Of a stretch of 64,000 bases of DNA, positions 62,605 through 64,000 are shown piece by piece. The DNA comes from an uncultured Parasutterella sp. (GTDB taxonomy: Bacteria > Pseudomonadota > Gammaproteobacteria > Burkholderiales > Burkholderiaceae_F). The translations under genes were made by a program, and so were the position numbers. Where the stretch lies: NCBI RefSeq assembly GCF_900766055.1, contig NZ_CAAFTZ010000002.1. One strand, given 5' to 3'. Within the stretch, counting starts at the first letter, position 1; each line of letters begins with the position of its first letter. Under the pieces are notes generated by a model. The model had not been told where the DNA came from. It saw only the letters and a program-made list of their open reading frames with translations, and searched no databases.

Positions 62605-63498
62605 ATGAAAAAATTACTTTCCTTAGTTATTGTTGTTCTCTTCGGCGCCTTGCTCGCGAGAACCTGCCTTTACACGGTAAACGAGCGTGAATACGCTCTG
62701 GTCTTCATGCTTGGTGAATTAAAGAGCGTTGTTTCTACACCCGGCCTGCATGTCAAGCTGCCGGCTCCGCTTCAGAACGTTGTCTATTTAGACAAACGTA
62801 TTCTTACGATCGATACGCCCGCAGCGGACTTGGTTCAAACCAGTGAGAAGAAAAACCTGATGATCGATTCCTATGTGAAGTGGCGCATCAACGATCCGCG
62901 CCGCTACTGGGTTTCTTTCCAAGGCAGCGAACGAGCCGCGGACGACCGTATGTCTGCGCTGCTTCGTGATGTTCTCAACCAGGTTGTGAACCGCCGCACG
63001 GTAAACGACATCACTTCTAGCGACAGAGCTCGCGCAATGGCAGAAATCTCTGAAGCTCTGCAGAAGCGTGTTTCTGATTTAGGCATTGAAGTTGTGGATG
63101 TCCGACTCAAACGAGTCGATTTCACACCGGAAATTTCCGAGTCTGTCTATCGCCGTATGGAAGCCGAACGTAAGCGGGTTGCCAGCGAAGAACGGTCCAA
63201 GGGTGCTGCTGAAGCCGAAAAGATCAAGGCCGACGCTGATCGTCAGAGAACCGTTGTTCTGGCGGAAGCTTATCGTGACGCTCAGAACATTAAAGGTTCC
63301 GGGGACGCCCAGGCCAACGAACTCTACGCCAAAGCATTCAGCAAAGATCCCGAATTTGCGAAGTTCTATCGCTCACTGGATGCTTACCGTCAGTCCTTCA
63401 ATAAACCTCAGGACATGATGGTGGTGGATCCGAGCAGCGAATTCTTTGACTATCTCAAGAGTTCCCGCGGTGAAGTCCAAGCTAATAAACAACCGTAA
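62605..63498 (+). CDS. hflC: FtsH protease modulator HflC
   Basis: N-terminal TM plus SPFH domain, 297 aa. Confidence 0.9.
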   Translation: MKKLLSLVIVVLFGALLARTCLYTVNEREYALVFMLGELKSVVSTPGLHVKLPAPLQNVVYLDKRILTIDTPAADLVQTSEKKNLMIDSYVKWRINDPRRYWVSFQGSERAADDRMSALLRDVLNQVVNRRTVNDITSSDRARAMAEISEALQKRVSDLGIEVVDVRLKRVDFTPEISESVYRRMEAERKRVASEERSKGAAEAEKIKADADRQRTVVLAEAYRDAQNIKGSGDAQANELYAKAFSKDPEFAKFYRSLDAYRQSFNKPQDMMVVDPSSEFFDYLKSSRGEVQANKQP

Positions 63499-63516
63499 TT
63501 TTTTGTGATCTAAACC

Positions 63517-63708
63517 ATGAAGGCCTTCTTGTACGTACTGGGTTTTTGCTTCGTACTTGAGGGCCTTTTACCTATGTTGGCTCCCGATTTATGGAAACGT
63601 GCCGTGAGATTTATCTCACGATTTCCTAGCGAGAAAATCCGTTATATCGGGTTAGAAAGTGTAGTCTTAGGGCTGGTGCTCGTTTGGGCCGGTTCATTGC
63701 TTTTTTAG
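63517..63708 (+). CDS. DUF2065 small membrane protein (YjeT-like)
   Basis: 63 aa, two TM helices, conserved position between hflC and hisZ/purA. Confidence 0.6.
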   Translation: MKAFLYVLGFCFVLEGLLPMLAPDLWKRAVRFISRFPSEKIRYIGLESVVLGLVLVWAGSLLF

Positions 63709-63719
63709 AAAGGATCTTT

Positions 63720-64000
63720 ATGTCAGTGTGGCTGTTACCTGAAAATATCGCGGATATGCTTCCACGAGAGGCGAGGGCCATAGAGCATCTTAGAAGTTCT
63801 TTCCTAAAACTGGTGACAAGCCATGGTTTTGAAGTCGTTCGTCCTCCTTTGGTGGAGTACGTTGACTCTCTTCTGACCGGAACGGGCGGAGATTTGGATC
63901 TCAGAACGTTCAAGATCGTCGATCAGGTCACGGGAAAAACGATGGGTATCCGGGCCGATATGACGCCTCAGGTTGCTCGAATCGATGCTCACATTCTCAA
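63720..64000 (+). CDS. hisZ: ATP phosphoribosyltransferase regulatory subunit HisZ (5' partial, runs off the window)
   Basis: [18 protein letters not shown]...[14 protein letters not shown] matches the HisZ N-terminus. Confidence 0.75.
   Translation, partial: MSVWLLPENIADMLPREARAIEHLRSSFLKLVTSHGFEVVRPPLVEYVDSLLTGTGGDLDLRTFKIVDQVTGKTMGIRADMTPQVARIDAHIL

Overview
Mostly core-genome window (about 52% GC by hand count, dense, few accessory genes) from a Gram-negative proteobacterium with beta/gamma-type synteny. No Neisseria DUS, CRISPR array or obvious mobile element was seen. Gene order: yggT; cstA; a hypothetical protein; a psiF-like gene; two tRNA-Asn; aspC-like aminotransferase; potE-speF (ornithine decarboxylase and antiporter); a long AT-rich intergenic region; uvrB; LMW phosphotyrosine phosphatase; the complete isc operon (iscR-iscSUA-hscBA-fdx-iscX); NUDIX hydrolase; lysS, an inserted SDR and prfB with its programmed +1 frameshift; recJ; a conserved hypothetical; lolCD; tatD; an ACT-UPF0210-ridA cluster; relA; two tRNA-Val; qmcA-ybbJ; M20 peptidase; thrS-infC-rpmI-rplT-pheST followed by a divergent IHF-like gene and a MerR-family regulator; tRNA-Pro; a radical SAM gene; surE-nlpD-rlmD; three tandem unannotatable membrane-protein genes; ndk-rlmN-rodZ-ispG-hisS-yfgM-bamB-der; hfq-hflXKC; a DUF2065 gene; the start of hisZ. 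Most interesting observations: (1) an unannotated short ORF upstream of speF whose core resembles the E. coli SpeFL ornithine-sensing arrest peptide, inside a 0.9-kb AT-rich palindrome-rich region; (2) a triplet of paralogous small polytopic membrane proteins between rlmD and ndk; (3) a Pho-box-like direct repeat in front of a 50-aa secreted lysine-rich mini-ORF; (4) an IHF-alpha positional ortholog with a non-basic DNA-binding arm; (5) an ACT/UPF0210/RidA unknown-function cluster behind a long leader. The prfB frameshift site, a non-AUG infC start, IscR boxes and many rho-independent terminators are directly visible.
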